Positions 53,382 to 63,800 of a stretch of 64,000 nt of DNA are shown piece by piece; the first letter of the stretch is position 1, and each line of letters opens with the position of its first letter. This DNA comes from an uncultured Thiomicrospira sp. (GTDB lineage: Bacteria > Pseudomonadota > Gammaproteobacteria > CAKMZV01): positions 96,001 through 160,000 of the forward strand of contig OZ239628.1 in assembly GCA_965195345.1 (NCBI GenBank), given 5' to 3'. The notes below the pieces were generated by a model that ran no database searches, was not told the origin of the DNA, and saw nothing but the letters and a program-made list of their open reading frames with translations. The position numbers and the translations under genes were made by a program.

Positions 53382-54785
53382 ATGAATGTTAAACCGCTAA
53401 GAAGCATTATTGTAATTTTAATCGTATTTTTTTCCGCAGTTACTATATGGCAAGATAAGCTTTTATCTTTCTTCGAATCAAATCCTCAACTTAATGGTTT
53501 CATTGTCCTTGCAATGCTTGTTGGCATGATTTTTATCACTTGGAACGCCGCCCGTTTAGGAACAATGATACGAATCCTTAAACAAGCTGACGAAAAGCCT
53601 GACGATTACAAAAAAATCATTAGTAATTCCAAAGTATTTGAAACATTCATGTCACGTAAAGATGTGGATACTGTTCGTGGATGGAATGAAGAGAATCTTT
53701 TTAGCGCAGAACAGGTAGACGATATTCTCAGCAGTATGAGACTTCGAATCGGCGAAATTAGAAATTTTTCTAATTACTTTTCAGGCGTATTAATCATTCT
53801 TGGCTTATTAGGGACGTTTCTTGGCCTCTTGGAAACCATTAAAGCTATTTCTGAGGTATTCAGTGGACCCTCACTAAAGTTCTTGGTAGGTACTAAAGAT
53901 ACTGGAGCTGCAGGTGGTGCAGAAGTACTTACGTTTTTTGAAGCAATAGCAAAACCACTCGCTGGTATGGGTATTGCGTTTTCATCTTCCCTATTTGGTT
54001 TATCTGGTTCTTTGTTTGTCGGTTTGCTTGCTTTTGTTTCCTCAAGAAGTCAATCTTTCTTCTTATTTGATGTATTTGATTGGTTCAAAAGTCGAACCGT
54101 TGAAAAAGATAAAGAGTCGCTTGATAAAAAATCGATGACTAACATGAAAGGTGGATCTGGAGGGGCTGGAGGCTTAATGGGCTCGCTTATTTCTCGAGGA
54201 GTTCAGCACTCACAAACCTCTCAATCTGGTGGTGGAACTGGCAATGTTACTGGAACAGGGCACTTTAAAGGTGATTTTGATGGTCGTTCTTTAACAGAGG
54301 TATTTGATCGACTTGAATTGCTATCAAAAGATGCTATTGAAAAAAATGGACTGCTGGCTCAAGCTGCGCTGAAACTGGGTGAAAACCTTGCTTTGGAACA
54401 AAAACGGTTAGCAGACATCGCCACATACCAACAAAGATCTTCCACTTTTCTTGCCAGCATAAATGAACAAAGTGCCCAGCAAATTCATATTATGAATCAA
54501 CTAGTTGAAGCAAGTCATAGTAATACAGATCGAGAAGAGTTTAGAGCGCTTGCCTCACATTTCCACCGTTCCTTTGACAAATTACTAAGTGAAGTTAGCA
54601 CATCAAATCGCCACTTATTAGAGAACATTAAGATCAGAGGAGATGCACCTATCGGCAACATCGACCCATATGGGAATCAAAATCCTACTGCTCAAAACAA
54701 TCCAATTGAACCCAACCCACCCTCTTATACAACGGCGGTTGATGCGCAACATTTTGAATCTTCAGGTCAAGAAGACCGTCGTTAA
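53382..54785 (+). CDS. MotA/TolQ/ExbB-family ion-channel subunit (SiiB/ZorA-like) with long cytoplasmic tail
   Basis: Two N-terminal hydrophobic segments, then LGLLGTFLGL and GMGIAFSSSLFGLSGSL helices typical of the family; roughly 230-aa C-terminal soluble tail; AAGGAAG RBS. Confidence 0.8.
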   Translation: MNVKPLRSIIVILIVFFSAVTIWQDKLLSFFESNPQLNGFIVLAMLVGMIFITWNAARLGTMIRILKQADEKPDDYKKIISNSKVFETFMSRKDVDTVRGWNEENLFSAEQVDDILSSMRLRIGEIRNFSNYFSGVLIILGLLGTFLGLLETIKAISEVFSGPSLKFLVGTKDTGAAGGAEVLTFFEAIAKPLAGMGIAFSSSLFGLSGSLFVGLLAFVSSRSQSFFLFDVFDWFKSRTVEKDKESLDKKSMTNMKGGSGGAGGLMGSLISRGVQHSQTSQSGGGTGNVTGTGHFKGDFDGRSLTEVFDRLELLSKDAIEKNGLLAQAALKLGENLALEQKRLADIATYQQRSSTFLASINEQSAQQIHIMNQLVEASHSNTDREEFRALASHFHRSFDKLLSEVSTSNRHLLENIKIRGDAPIGNIDPYGNQNPTAQNNPIEPNPPSYTTAVDAQHFESSGQEDRR

Positions 54786-54802
54786 CAGGTCAATGTAAGC
54801 CT

Positions 54803-55585
54803 ATGGAATCTCAAGACTTAAATAGAATTGTTTGGCCAAGCTGTGTCGACATTTTTGGTCAAGTTGTGGTGACAATGGCATTCTTCTTCCTACTAATATT
54901 TATAATTTTAGCCTATTTCCTTGCTCAAATAGAATTTAGCAAAAGAGTTCAATCGACTGTTATCTCATATCAGACTTTATACAAACCAATTGCTGATTTT
55001 TTATCCCCTTCTAACATAAGAAAACAAAATATTAAGAAAGAAAATCTGGATAACTTAATTTTACAGATAGAGACCTATGTTAAGTCAGTTCCTGTTGATC
55101 GTGTTGTAGAACTTAAAACCCTAATTAAGCAAAGGGATAACTTGGTGGAAACAGTGCACAAGTTGGGCTTTACCAGCTATACACCGCAACCTTTAAAAGC
55201 CGAAATAGACACTATGGCAGTTATCTCTGGAGAAATAATAAACTATAAAGGTCGTTGGGATATATCAAGGCAAGGTGATAGTATTATTATTAACTTTAGT
55301 AATAATGGTATCATTCCTGATGAAGAATCATTGGCTTCAATTAGAACAACTCTTCGTGCTTTTGTTGCCACCTTAGGGAACAGGAGAGTTCAAGTTGAAG
55401 GGACTCAAAGCCCATCGGTTCGTAATAATGCTTTAAATAGTAGGCAAGTCATCGCACGGAATTTTGAGATTCGAAATATACTGAATCAATTTGGTGTAGA
55501 TAAGAGAAACATCGAACTCATTAAATCGCCACCATTAAATAGTTATCCGCATGGCGCTATTTTTATAAAAGTTATGCCTAATTAA
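54803..55585 (+). CDS. MotB/SiiA-like single-TM protein 1 with degenerate OmpA-like periplasmic domain
   Basis: WPSCVD followed by a TM helix; C-terminal I.F...helix..VQVEG..N....AR...IRNIL...GV...I pattern. Confidence 0.7.
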   Translation: MESQDLNRIVWPSCVDIFGQVVVTMAFFFLLIFIILAYFLAQIEFSKRVQSTVISYQTLYKPIADFLSPSNIRKQNIKKENLDNLILQIETYVKSVPVDRVVELKTLIKQRDNLVETVHKLGFTSYTPQPLKAEIDTMAVISGEIINYKGRWDISRQGDSIIINFSNNGIIPDEESLASIRTTLRAFVATLGNRRVQVEGTQSPSVRNNALNSRQVIARNFEIRNILNQFGVDKRNIELIKSPPLNSYPHGAIFIKVMPN

Positions 55586-55586
55586 C

Positions 55587-56438
55587 ATGAAGGATATTCA
55601 AGATGATCGCACTCAAGATCGTAATTACGAAGGTGATTTTTGGCCAGGATTTGTCGATATCATGTCAGGTATTATTCTCGCCTTAAGCTTTCTGGTTTTA
55701 ATAGCAGGCATCATTATTGCCATAATTTTCAAAGTAAATGTTACTATCAAAATTTTAAAGGACGAAGAAATACTTTATAAATACGTTCTTACCGTTTTGC
55801 AAGAATCTCCTTTGTTGACTGAAGCACAGTTTGATGTCATAGAAAAAGCGAAGGAGGGTGAATCTCTGCAAGTGCTGGTTTCAGACACAGTCCGTGAGTT
55901 AGAAAACGTTGCTGAGCGGACGCACGTTGTTCGTGATGAATATCCAGAGTTGAAAAGACGCATTCTTCAAGAAATTAGTTTTCTTGAGCTTCAGGTTGAC
56001 CAACTCAGCAATCCCCCTCAAGGCCAAACAGAATCGTTATTAAAAAGTAAAGGTGGTCTCTCAAACAATACGGTTTCTCATTCAAAAGTGCCTCCTGCCG
56101 AAAAAAACTGGGATATTCGTCGATTTGATGAATCACTATTAGTTCAATTTACTAACACCTCAAGTGCTCGCCCAGAAGCTAAAGCATTTGCTGAGTTTAG
56201 GGCGTCTTTACTTCAGTGGTTGAATAATCGCAAAGGAACCATTCAGTTGTCCGTTAAGAACGCAGATGCCGTTTATCAATCGTTGGCTAATCGAGATTCA
56301 TTGGCGCGCGTTTTGTATGTAAGAGACGTCATCCGAAGTTTCGACCCAACTATAAAGATGTCTATTTCCAAAAATGCAAACACACCTGAAAAACTGAAAG
56401 ACGAAAAATTCGGCTGGATCTTGATAACTTTGGAATAA
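55587..56438 (+). CDS. MotB/SiiA-like single-TM protein 2 with degenerate OmpA-like periplasmic domain
   Basis: FWPGFVDIMS followed by a TM helix; coiled-coil-like linker; C-terminal V.F...ANRDSLARVLYVRDVI pattern. Confidence 0.72.
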   Translation: MKDIQDDRTQDRNYEGDFWPGFVDIMSGIILALSFLVLIAGIIIAIIFKVNVTIKILKDEEILYKYVLTVLQESPLLTEAQFDVIEKAKEGESLQVLVSDTVRELENVAERTHVVRDEYPELKRRILQEISFLELQVDQLSNPPQGQTESLLKSKGGLSNNTVSHSKVPPAEKNWDIRRFDESLLVQFTNTSSARPEAKAFAEFRASLLQWLNNRKGTIQLSVKNADAVYQSLANRDSLARVLYVRDVIRSFDPTIKMSISKNANTPEKLKDEKFGWILITLE

Positions 56439-56475
56439 TAATTTCTATGGAACTAGAAAATCGAAGGGAATACAA

Positions 56476-57759
56476 ATGAAATATAAAATCACAGGGTTCT
56501 TTTTAATTGTTTTTATGATCAGCCCATCAGTTTGGAGCCTTGATCTTCAACAATCTGTTCTAACTGCTTTAGGTCGTGTAGAGGAATCAAAGATTGTTGC
56601 ATCACAAATTCGACAGGGGCAAAATAGAATTGATGAGGCTGATGCTGCTTACTATCCTAATTTATCTGTCAACATACAGACGGGTACAGAGTTTCGTACT
56701 CCAGGCTTTATAGCAGGTCAAACAGATGATACTTTCTATTCTTATCGATTAAGAACAACGCTTGATCAGCATCTATTTGATGGTGAAAGCAGACGGTTTT
56801 CTCTCGAAAATAGTAAGCTTTCTTTAAAGGCAACTGAATTTCAAGCCCAATCTGTTCTTGAAAGAGTTACTTTTGACGTTGTAACAAGTTATTTAAACGT
56901 TGTTTATGTGGGTGAAGTAGTTCGCACACACAAAGAGAATTTAGTTGATTTCCAGCGCATATCAAAACAAATTGATGCGCGCGCACAAGGTGGTGCATTA
57001 CCAACGGCTGATGCGCAACAAGTCAAAGCACGTGTTGTTGGTGCTGAAGCCGCCTTAAGTCGTGCTCAGTTAGAACTTTCCGAAGCTGAATTCTCATATA
57101 CTAGACTTGTTGGACCAGTTGAAAGTGATATGTCTATCCCGTTTGAAGTGCCTGATATCTTTTTCGAAAACTATGGTTTACTTTTGGAAAAAATGCGCAC
57201 TCAAAACACTGGACTTCAACAAGCAAAATATAATCGCAGAGTAGCATTGACAGACATAAATATATCCAAAGCGGCCTTCTGGCCAACTATTTCTTTTCAA
57301 CTACTGCTTCAAAATGAAAACACTTTCTCAGGAGGACAGGGAGAAATAAATCAGGCAGGCGCCTTTTTCAATTTGAACTACAACTATAACTTGGGGGGCG
57401 CTACAGAAAACAGTGTGGATAGAGCTGAAGAGCGTTCTAAAGAATTATTCCTTTTAAGGCAGCTCTTGCGTCGCGATTCAGAAATAACTTTGCAGACGGC
57501 CTATTCAAATTATCTATCATTCAAAAAGGTTAATCGAGCCATTCAATTAGAGATTGAATCTAATCGTAAGGTTCTTGAGGCTCAATTACAACAACAGCGG
57601 TTTGGCGATGTAAGGGTCTTGGATTTAGTCACTGCACAAGAGCGATTAAATGATGCCAGAATTCGTTTACTACGTAGCCAATTGGACGAGCAATTAACAC
57701 GCTATCAAATTCTACAACTGATTGGTGAAATTCTAACGCACTTTAATTCTTCAGGCTAA
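56476..57759 (+). CDS. TolC-family outer membrane channel (T1SS type)
   Basis: Signal peptide, AAYYPNL, Q.LFDG, V..SYLNV, AAFWPTI, two OEP repeats, G.VRVLDL..AQ. Confidence 0.9.
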   Translation: MKYKITGFFLIVFMISPSVWSLDLQQSVLTALGRVEESKIVASQIRQGQNRIDEADAAYYPNLSVNIQTGTEFRTPGFIAGQTDDTFYSYRLRTTLDQHLFDGESRRFSLENSKLSLKATEFQAQSVLERVTFDVVTSYLNVVYVGEVVRTHKENLVDFQRISKQIDARAQGGALPTADAQQVKARVVGAEAALSRAQLELSEAEFSYTRLVGPVESDMSIPFEVPDIFFENYGLLLEKMRTQNTGLQQAKYNRRVALTDINISKAAFWPTISFQLLLQNENTFSGGQGEINQAGAFFNLNYNYNLGGATENSVDRAEERSKELFLLRQLLRRDSEITLQTAYSNYLSFKKVNRAIQLEIESNRKVLEAQLQQQRFGDVRVLDLVTAQERLNDARIRLLRSQLDEQLTRYQILQLIGEILTHFNSSG

Positions 57760-57783
57760 GTCACTGAAAATCAAAAACAATTC

Positions 57784-57812
57784 TTGACATTTTAATCCGC
57801 TGCCATCATAAT
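57784..57812 (+). promoter_or_regulatory. Near-consensus sigma70 promoter of the giant RTX gene
   Basis: TTGACA(57784)-N17-CATAAT(57807). Confidence 0.65.
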
Positions 57813-57888
57813 GATTTAATAGTGGAGAATTAACTATTCATTCCAAAAATAAATAATAGTAAAAAATAGTACGAAGGAAGATAGTAGG

Positions 57889-60800
57889 ATGGAATTAAAA
57901 TCTGTTGTTGAATATACTGACCGCGGGCTAAAAATCGCGCAGCCTCTTGAAAATGAAAAACATTTAGTTTACGTTCGTCCAGGGGATAATATTGAGCTTG
58001 ATTTCTCAGATCAAGATCTTGCGTTTTATCTTGTTGACGGCGACGTTATTGTCAATTCGCCCCAAGGCGGACAGCTCGTGTTTCTTCAACTTGGCAGTTT
58101 GGCTCTCAATCTTGATGATGCCCCTACCCTTATAGCAAGTGCGGGCGATAAAATTGACATTCTTTCTCGGGTTGAAGTTAGCCCTCTTATTGATCAAGAA
58201 AAAGATATAACAGACAAGTTTCTTGAGCTGCAAGCTGCAAGTGAAAAGCATGAGGTTGAGGAAGAGTCTTTAGCTCGTCAGAGAGAATTGCTCGAAGAAA
58301 CATTGGAAAGTATTGAACAATACGTGTCTCAAGTGTCTGAATCAGCAGTTGCAGGTCCTAACGATACCGATCAGAGTGACGGAGAACAAAGAAGCGGTGA
58401 CTTGTCAACAGTCGAATTTGTACAACAAACTGTTTCTCAAGAAGTTAGATCTTCTGAAGCCACATCGATTCCTGAGCCTCAACAAATAGACGTTGACTCC
58501 CAATCTCAAACTCAATCAGGGGAGGGGGAGGTCGATCGAGTTGAACAACTTCCTCAATTACCTGTCCTTAATTTTTCTCTTAATAACGCCGAAGTTCTTC
58601 ATGTTGCCCAACGGGTAACAGCAGTTCCTGGGAATCCAGCAACTACCACCATACTTGGTGGATCTGGAAGCTTACAAGGTGCAGTGAGTCCAAATCTTCC
58701 TGATAGGATTGCAAATGAAACATTAGGTGATACTGGTAGCTCATCAAATCAAACCATTCAAACCGAGAATAATTTATTTTTTAATGGATCAACAGCTGCT
58801 CAAGTCATCAGCTTAAATCCTTCTGCTCCTGACGGGTTTGATGTGCAGACCATCAGTATCAATGGATTCCCTGCAGGCTCTATCATATATGCGAACGATG
58901 GAACATCCAGTACCCCTATACTGAATACTGCTTTGTCTCCTGGGGCAGACTTAACTTTTCAAAGAATAACCGCCGGTGATACTCCAAGCGACACGAGCAT
59001 CTCGTTTTTAAGCAATACGGATATCTCATTTATCATTGTTTATCCACAAGCACAAGCAACTACTGTGCCCTTTTCTCTAACCGTAAATGCTACCGCCACC
59101 TTTAACCCAAGCTCAGGCTTCGACGCTCCTAACGTCACAACATTAACAGCGCAGAATACCCTTAGCGGGATTGTACAGCAGCAAGTGGTTTCTGCAACAG
59201 ATTTAGCGACGGCAGATTTGGTTTTAAGCTCCGTTCCAACTACAAACGAAGTAACTACCGGTTCTGGGGATGATACGATATTTGGCGGGAGCGTGGTTGA
59301 CATTATCAACGGTGGCGATGGCAATGATATATTCACAACTTTTGAAGGACAGGATACTGTTGATGGTGGGGGTGGCTCAGATACGTTGTACTACGGCATA
59401 GATGGTAACTTTGGTTATTTACCTACTACAATTGGTGCTTTAAATGGAGTTGTCATTGATATGGCTAACCCTACTGCCAATGGGTCAGTTGCGGTAGCGG
59501 TTGGAACGGGGCCAGATATAGACGCTATTCGTAATGTTGAAAACATTGTTGCCTCTTTTGGCAATGACACAATACGTGGTGATGCTGCCGATAATACATT
59601 CAGAGGTCTGGCTGGAGATGACTCCCTTTCAGGAGGACTAGGAAACGATACTCTTGATGGCGGTGATGGAATTGATGTTGTCGACTTTAGAGATTCTGCA
59701 ACAGCAATATCAGCTAATATCTCAATGACCTCTAATACTTCATTTTCAGCTGGAGCAATTAATGCAGCCTCATCAACTGGTCAAGGAACGGACTCTTTGA
59801 TCGGAATTGAAAACATAATAGGCTCTTCACTCGCCGACATAATCATCGGTGATGCCGCCGCCAATACAATCAGCGGAAGCGGTGGAAACGATACTATCTT
59901 GGCTGGTGGCGGTGTAGACATTATTGATGCGGACGGCGAATTGTTGCGCGATTTAAATAATAACGGCGATACTAACGATCCCCTTGAAACTGCCATTGCA
60001 GGAAATCAAGACACTATAGATTATAGCTGGCTTCCAGCAAATATGGGAGGAGTGGACGTTAACCTTTCCCAGCAAACAGGGAATAACGTTACTTATTTAG
60101 CAGATACTAATACTCCAGGTAGCGTTGATCAAAGTGGAGGAACTGTCTCTAATTTTGAAAATATCAGAGGTTCTCAAAACAATGACGTCCTCACAGGTGA
60201 TGCTGGAGACAACGTCTTTTTTGCATCTTCAGGATTAGATGTCATTGCAGGGGGTGATGGCACAGATACATTAGATTTTTCCAATAATACGATAACATCA
60301 AGTGATGATGTTTTTGGGGACTCTACAATAACTAGTAATATTGATCTGAACAACGGTTCCTATACCATCTCCGCCTCAGATGGAACAACCATCGCTGAAA
60401 GCACAAATGTATCAAATATAGAAAACGTAATCGGAACCGATGGCAACGACGTGATATCAACTTCAAGAAATTTGATAGGAAATAGCACTGTGATAAGTGG
60501 CGGGGGCAACGACACTATCAATGCCAGCGCAGGGAACAACTCTATTGATGGCGGCACAGGAATTGATACTGTAAACTATTTGGCTTTTACTGCAACCGAC
60601 GCTATTAATGTGAACTTAAATACGAACATTGTAGATAAAGAAACTTCTGGCAGCGACACATTAACAAGCATAGAAAATGTGACGGGAACAACCAACAACG
60701 ACTCGTTCATTGGTAATGCCCAAGCTAATACCTTTGATGGACTTGGTGGAAATGACACCTTCAATTACAGCACTTCAAGCTCTTTAACAGAGAACAATGA

Positions 60801-63800
60801 TACTTTTATGGGAGGTGATGGAATAGATACTGTTGATTTTAGTAGCCTTGCAATTCCAACTGGGACGCGTCCATCAAATCAAGTCGTTACTGATACAATT
60901 TTAGGGAATACGGTTACAACCACTTTATTAGACTTTAATCAAAATGGTATAGCAGTTAATCTTTCAAATCCCGATGCTTCAGGCAATTCATCAGTAAGCG
61001 TACTCTCTAATACACTTGCTTTGAATGGAATTGAGGAAATTATTGGCACTGGGAATGGGGATATTTTGATTGGCGATACCTCATCAAACACGTTAATAGG
61101 AAATAACGGTAATGATTACCTCTTGGGGCTTTCTGGTTCAGATAGTCTTTCGGGGGGAGCGGGTAATGACACTTTATCTGGGGGAGCTGGAAACGACATA
61201 TTAGATGGAGGAGTCGGACAAGATTGGTTGATCTACAACACATCCACTTCAGCGATAAATGTTAATCTGCAAACCAGCACCGTTAGCAGTGATGGCTTTG
61301 GTTCTATAGATACCATTACTGGATTTGAAAACGTCCTGGGCGGAGATTTTAATGATGATATAACAAGCGCGAGCGCAAGTACTATTGTAGGCGGGCTTGG
61401 AAATGATACCGTTCGAGTAGGCGTTGGAGCGACAGGGACATTCTCATTTTATGGAGATAACGTCGCAACCCTAACTGATCAAACCTTAATGCATCAAGTT
61501 GACAATACCGTCAATAATAATGACGTTGTTGATTTTTCCAATAGCTCTCAACCGCTATTTGTCGATTTAACAAGCCCTTTAAATCAATTTCTTCTCGGAT
61601 CTAGAGTAGACGCTAATGGTGACGGTATATTTACTGACGCCGATATTACTTCTCCTACTGGATTTGCCTTTGGCTTCGAAAGCGTTACTGGAACCGCATC
61701 TAATGACATTCTAATCGGTGATTTAAATAATAACATTCTTAATGGTGGGGATGGAGACGATACCATCAATGGTGGAGCAGGAAATGACACGCTTCGTGGT
61801 GGAAATGGCAATGATACTTTAGATCTTAGCGCTTCATCAGAAGCACAAAGAATTGATTTATCATCAACAGTAAATCAAACAACCGCATTCCTCACTCAGG
61901 ATAGTTATCTCGGTTTTGAAAATGTCAATACGGGCGGTAATGTGGATTCAATTATTGGCAGTTCGAGCGATAATATTATTTTTTCCGGAGCCGGTAACGA
62001 TGATATCAGTGGCAGTTTAGGTCAAGATACAATTGATGGTGGAACCGGCGTTGATCAACTTAGTTACGCTTTGCTTAATACGGCAATTACTGCAAATTTT
62101 GCAACTGCGCCAACAAATTTGCAGATTAACGGTTCAACCCAGACATTTAGCAATATCGAAAATTTAACAACTTCTCAAGGAAACGACACCTTGACGCTTG
62201 GGTCCAATTTAATGTTTGTTGATGGAAGTGCAGGAAATGACACCTTCAACTTACAGAATGCTCAAGGAACCGTTGGTGTGGTCTTAGCAGATGGAGGAAC
62301 TGGCACAGATACGGCGTCCTTTGCTCAATCGATCGGTCAAGTGACAATCTCTGCAGGCGGGTCAACGAACGCATTAGGGATATCCGTTTCAGGATCCAGA
62401 TATGATATTCAAGACTTTGAAACGCTCATCCTATCTAATCAAAATGATACTGTTCAAAGTATTGCTAACTTTGGATCCAGTCTTAATATTCAGTCGGGTC
62501 AGGGTAATGACACGATCACAGGTGGAAGCAATAATGACACTTTAGACAGTGGCTCTGGCAACGACATGATATTTGCAAGCCTTGGTTCGGATGCGATTGA
62601 AGGTGGGATTGGTACCGATACGCTTTCGTATGCAAATTTGACAAGTACATCAACCGTTGCACTTACTGCAGGTGCGAGCCAAGTAACTGTAGCTGGCACT
62701 AATGCATTTACCGACATGCTGACTAATGTTGAATCATTAGTCCTTGGTGGTGGGAGCGACAGTATCAATATAAGCGGTATTAATGGATTAGGGACAGTTG
62801 ATGCTGGAGGTGGGCAAGACAGTGTTTCGTTCGCCAGTGCTGTGACAACGACAGACGGCGCTAACTTTTCGATCGCATCTTCAAACATAAATCTTGTAAA
62901 TGTCGAAAATTTTAATGGCAGTGCCCAAGCAGATACCTTAGACTTTGGGAATATTTCCACAGGGATTACTGTTGTAGGGGGTGACGGAAATGACACTATA
63001 ACGGGCTCTTCTGCTCAAGATATTTTGGAAGGAGGCGCAGGCTCTGACATCATAAATGCTGGAGGAGGAGGAGGCACTATTTTTGGAGGCACTGCCGATG
63101 GTGATACGATAACAGGGAGCGCAATGGGCGGAGTGGGTCTGCTCGATACTCTTAGTTATTCAACTCCTTCTTTTAGCAGTACAACGCCGACTACTTCTAA
63201 TTTCACTGCTACTTTAGACGCAAATACAGGCACTATTTCTGATGGAATAGGTACGGACACCGTAAATCAAGCACAAGGTGCTATAGAAAATTTTGTTTTT
63301 GGAAGTGGTAATGACATCGTTAATGTTGATATTGATTTAATTAACGCTGCAGTAGACTCAGGGATAAACCAAATTGACACTGGATTGAACAGTGCATTAT
63401 CCCCTACAAATAATGGTGATGAAATTAGGCTTACTGGCGACTTGGTAGGAGGAGGAGCAACAAGCATTAATTCATCAGGTATTGGCGCCAATTTTACAGC
63501 GACAATGTTTCAAAACATCGAAATACTTGACCTTACTGACGTAACAACGAACGGGAACAATAACCTCCAACTTGATGCCGAATTTCTGAGAAATTGGACG
63601 CAAGATGCTGCAACTGGAACAGACGGGAATACTCGTGTATTAAACATATTCGTTGACGCAGATACTACTTTAAGCTTCGGTTCAAACGCTACGCCACCCG
63701 CAGGCACAGGCTCAGATTTTTACTTCTATGAGGATGTTGGTGGGACTGCGAGCAACTCTCTAATTGGTGATCTGGTGAATCCAACGTTTCTCGGTAATTT

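Noticed and set aside
53382-56438. Zorya anti-phage system (ZorAB) or flagellar stator
   Set aside because: No ZorC/D/E-like helicase or nuclease and no flagellar genes adjacent; the downstream genes are TolC and an RTX protein, which favours a Sii-like role
59200-63300. CRISPR array or DNA tandem repeat in the repetitive region
   Set aside because: Repeats are degenerate protein-level RTX nonapeptides within one ORF; no identical DNA repeats with spacers
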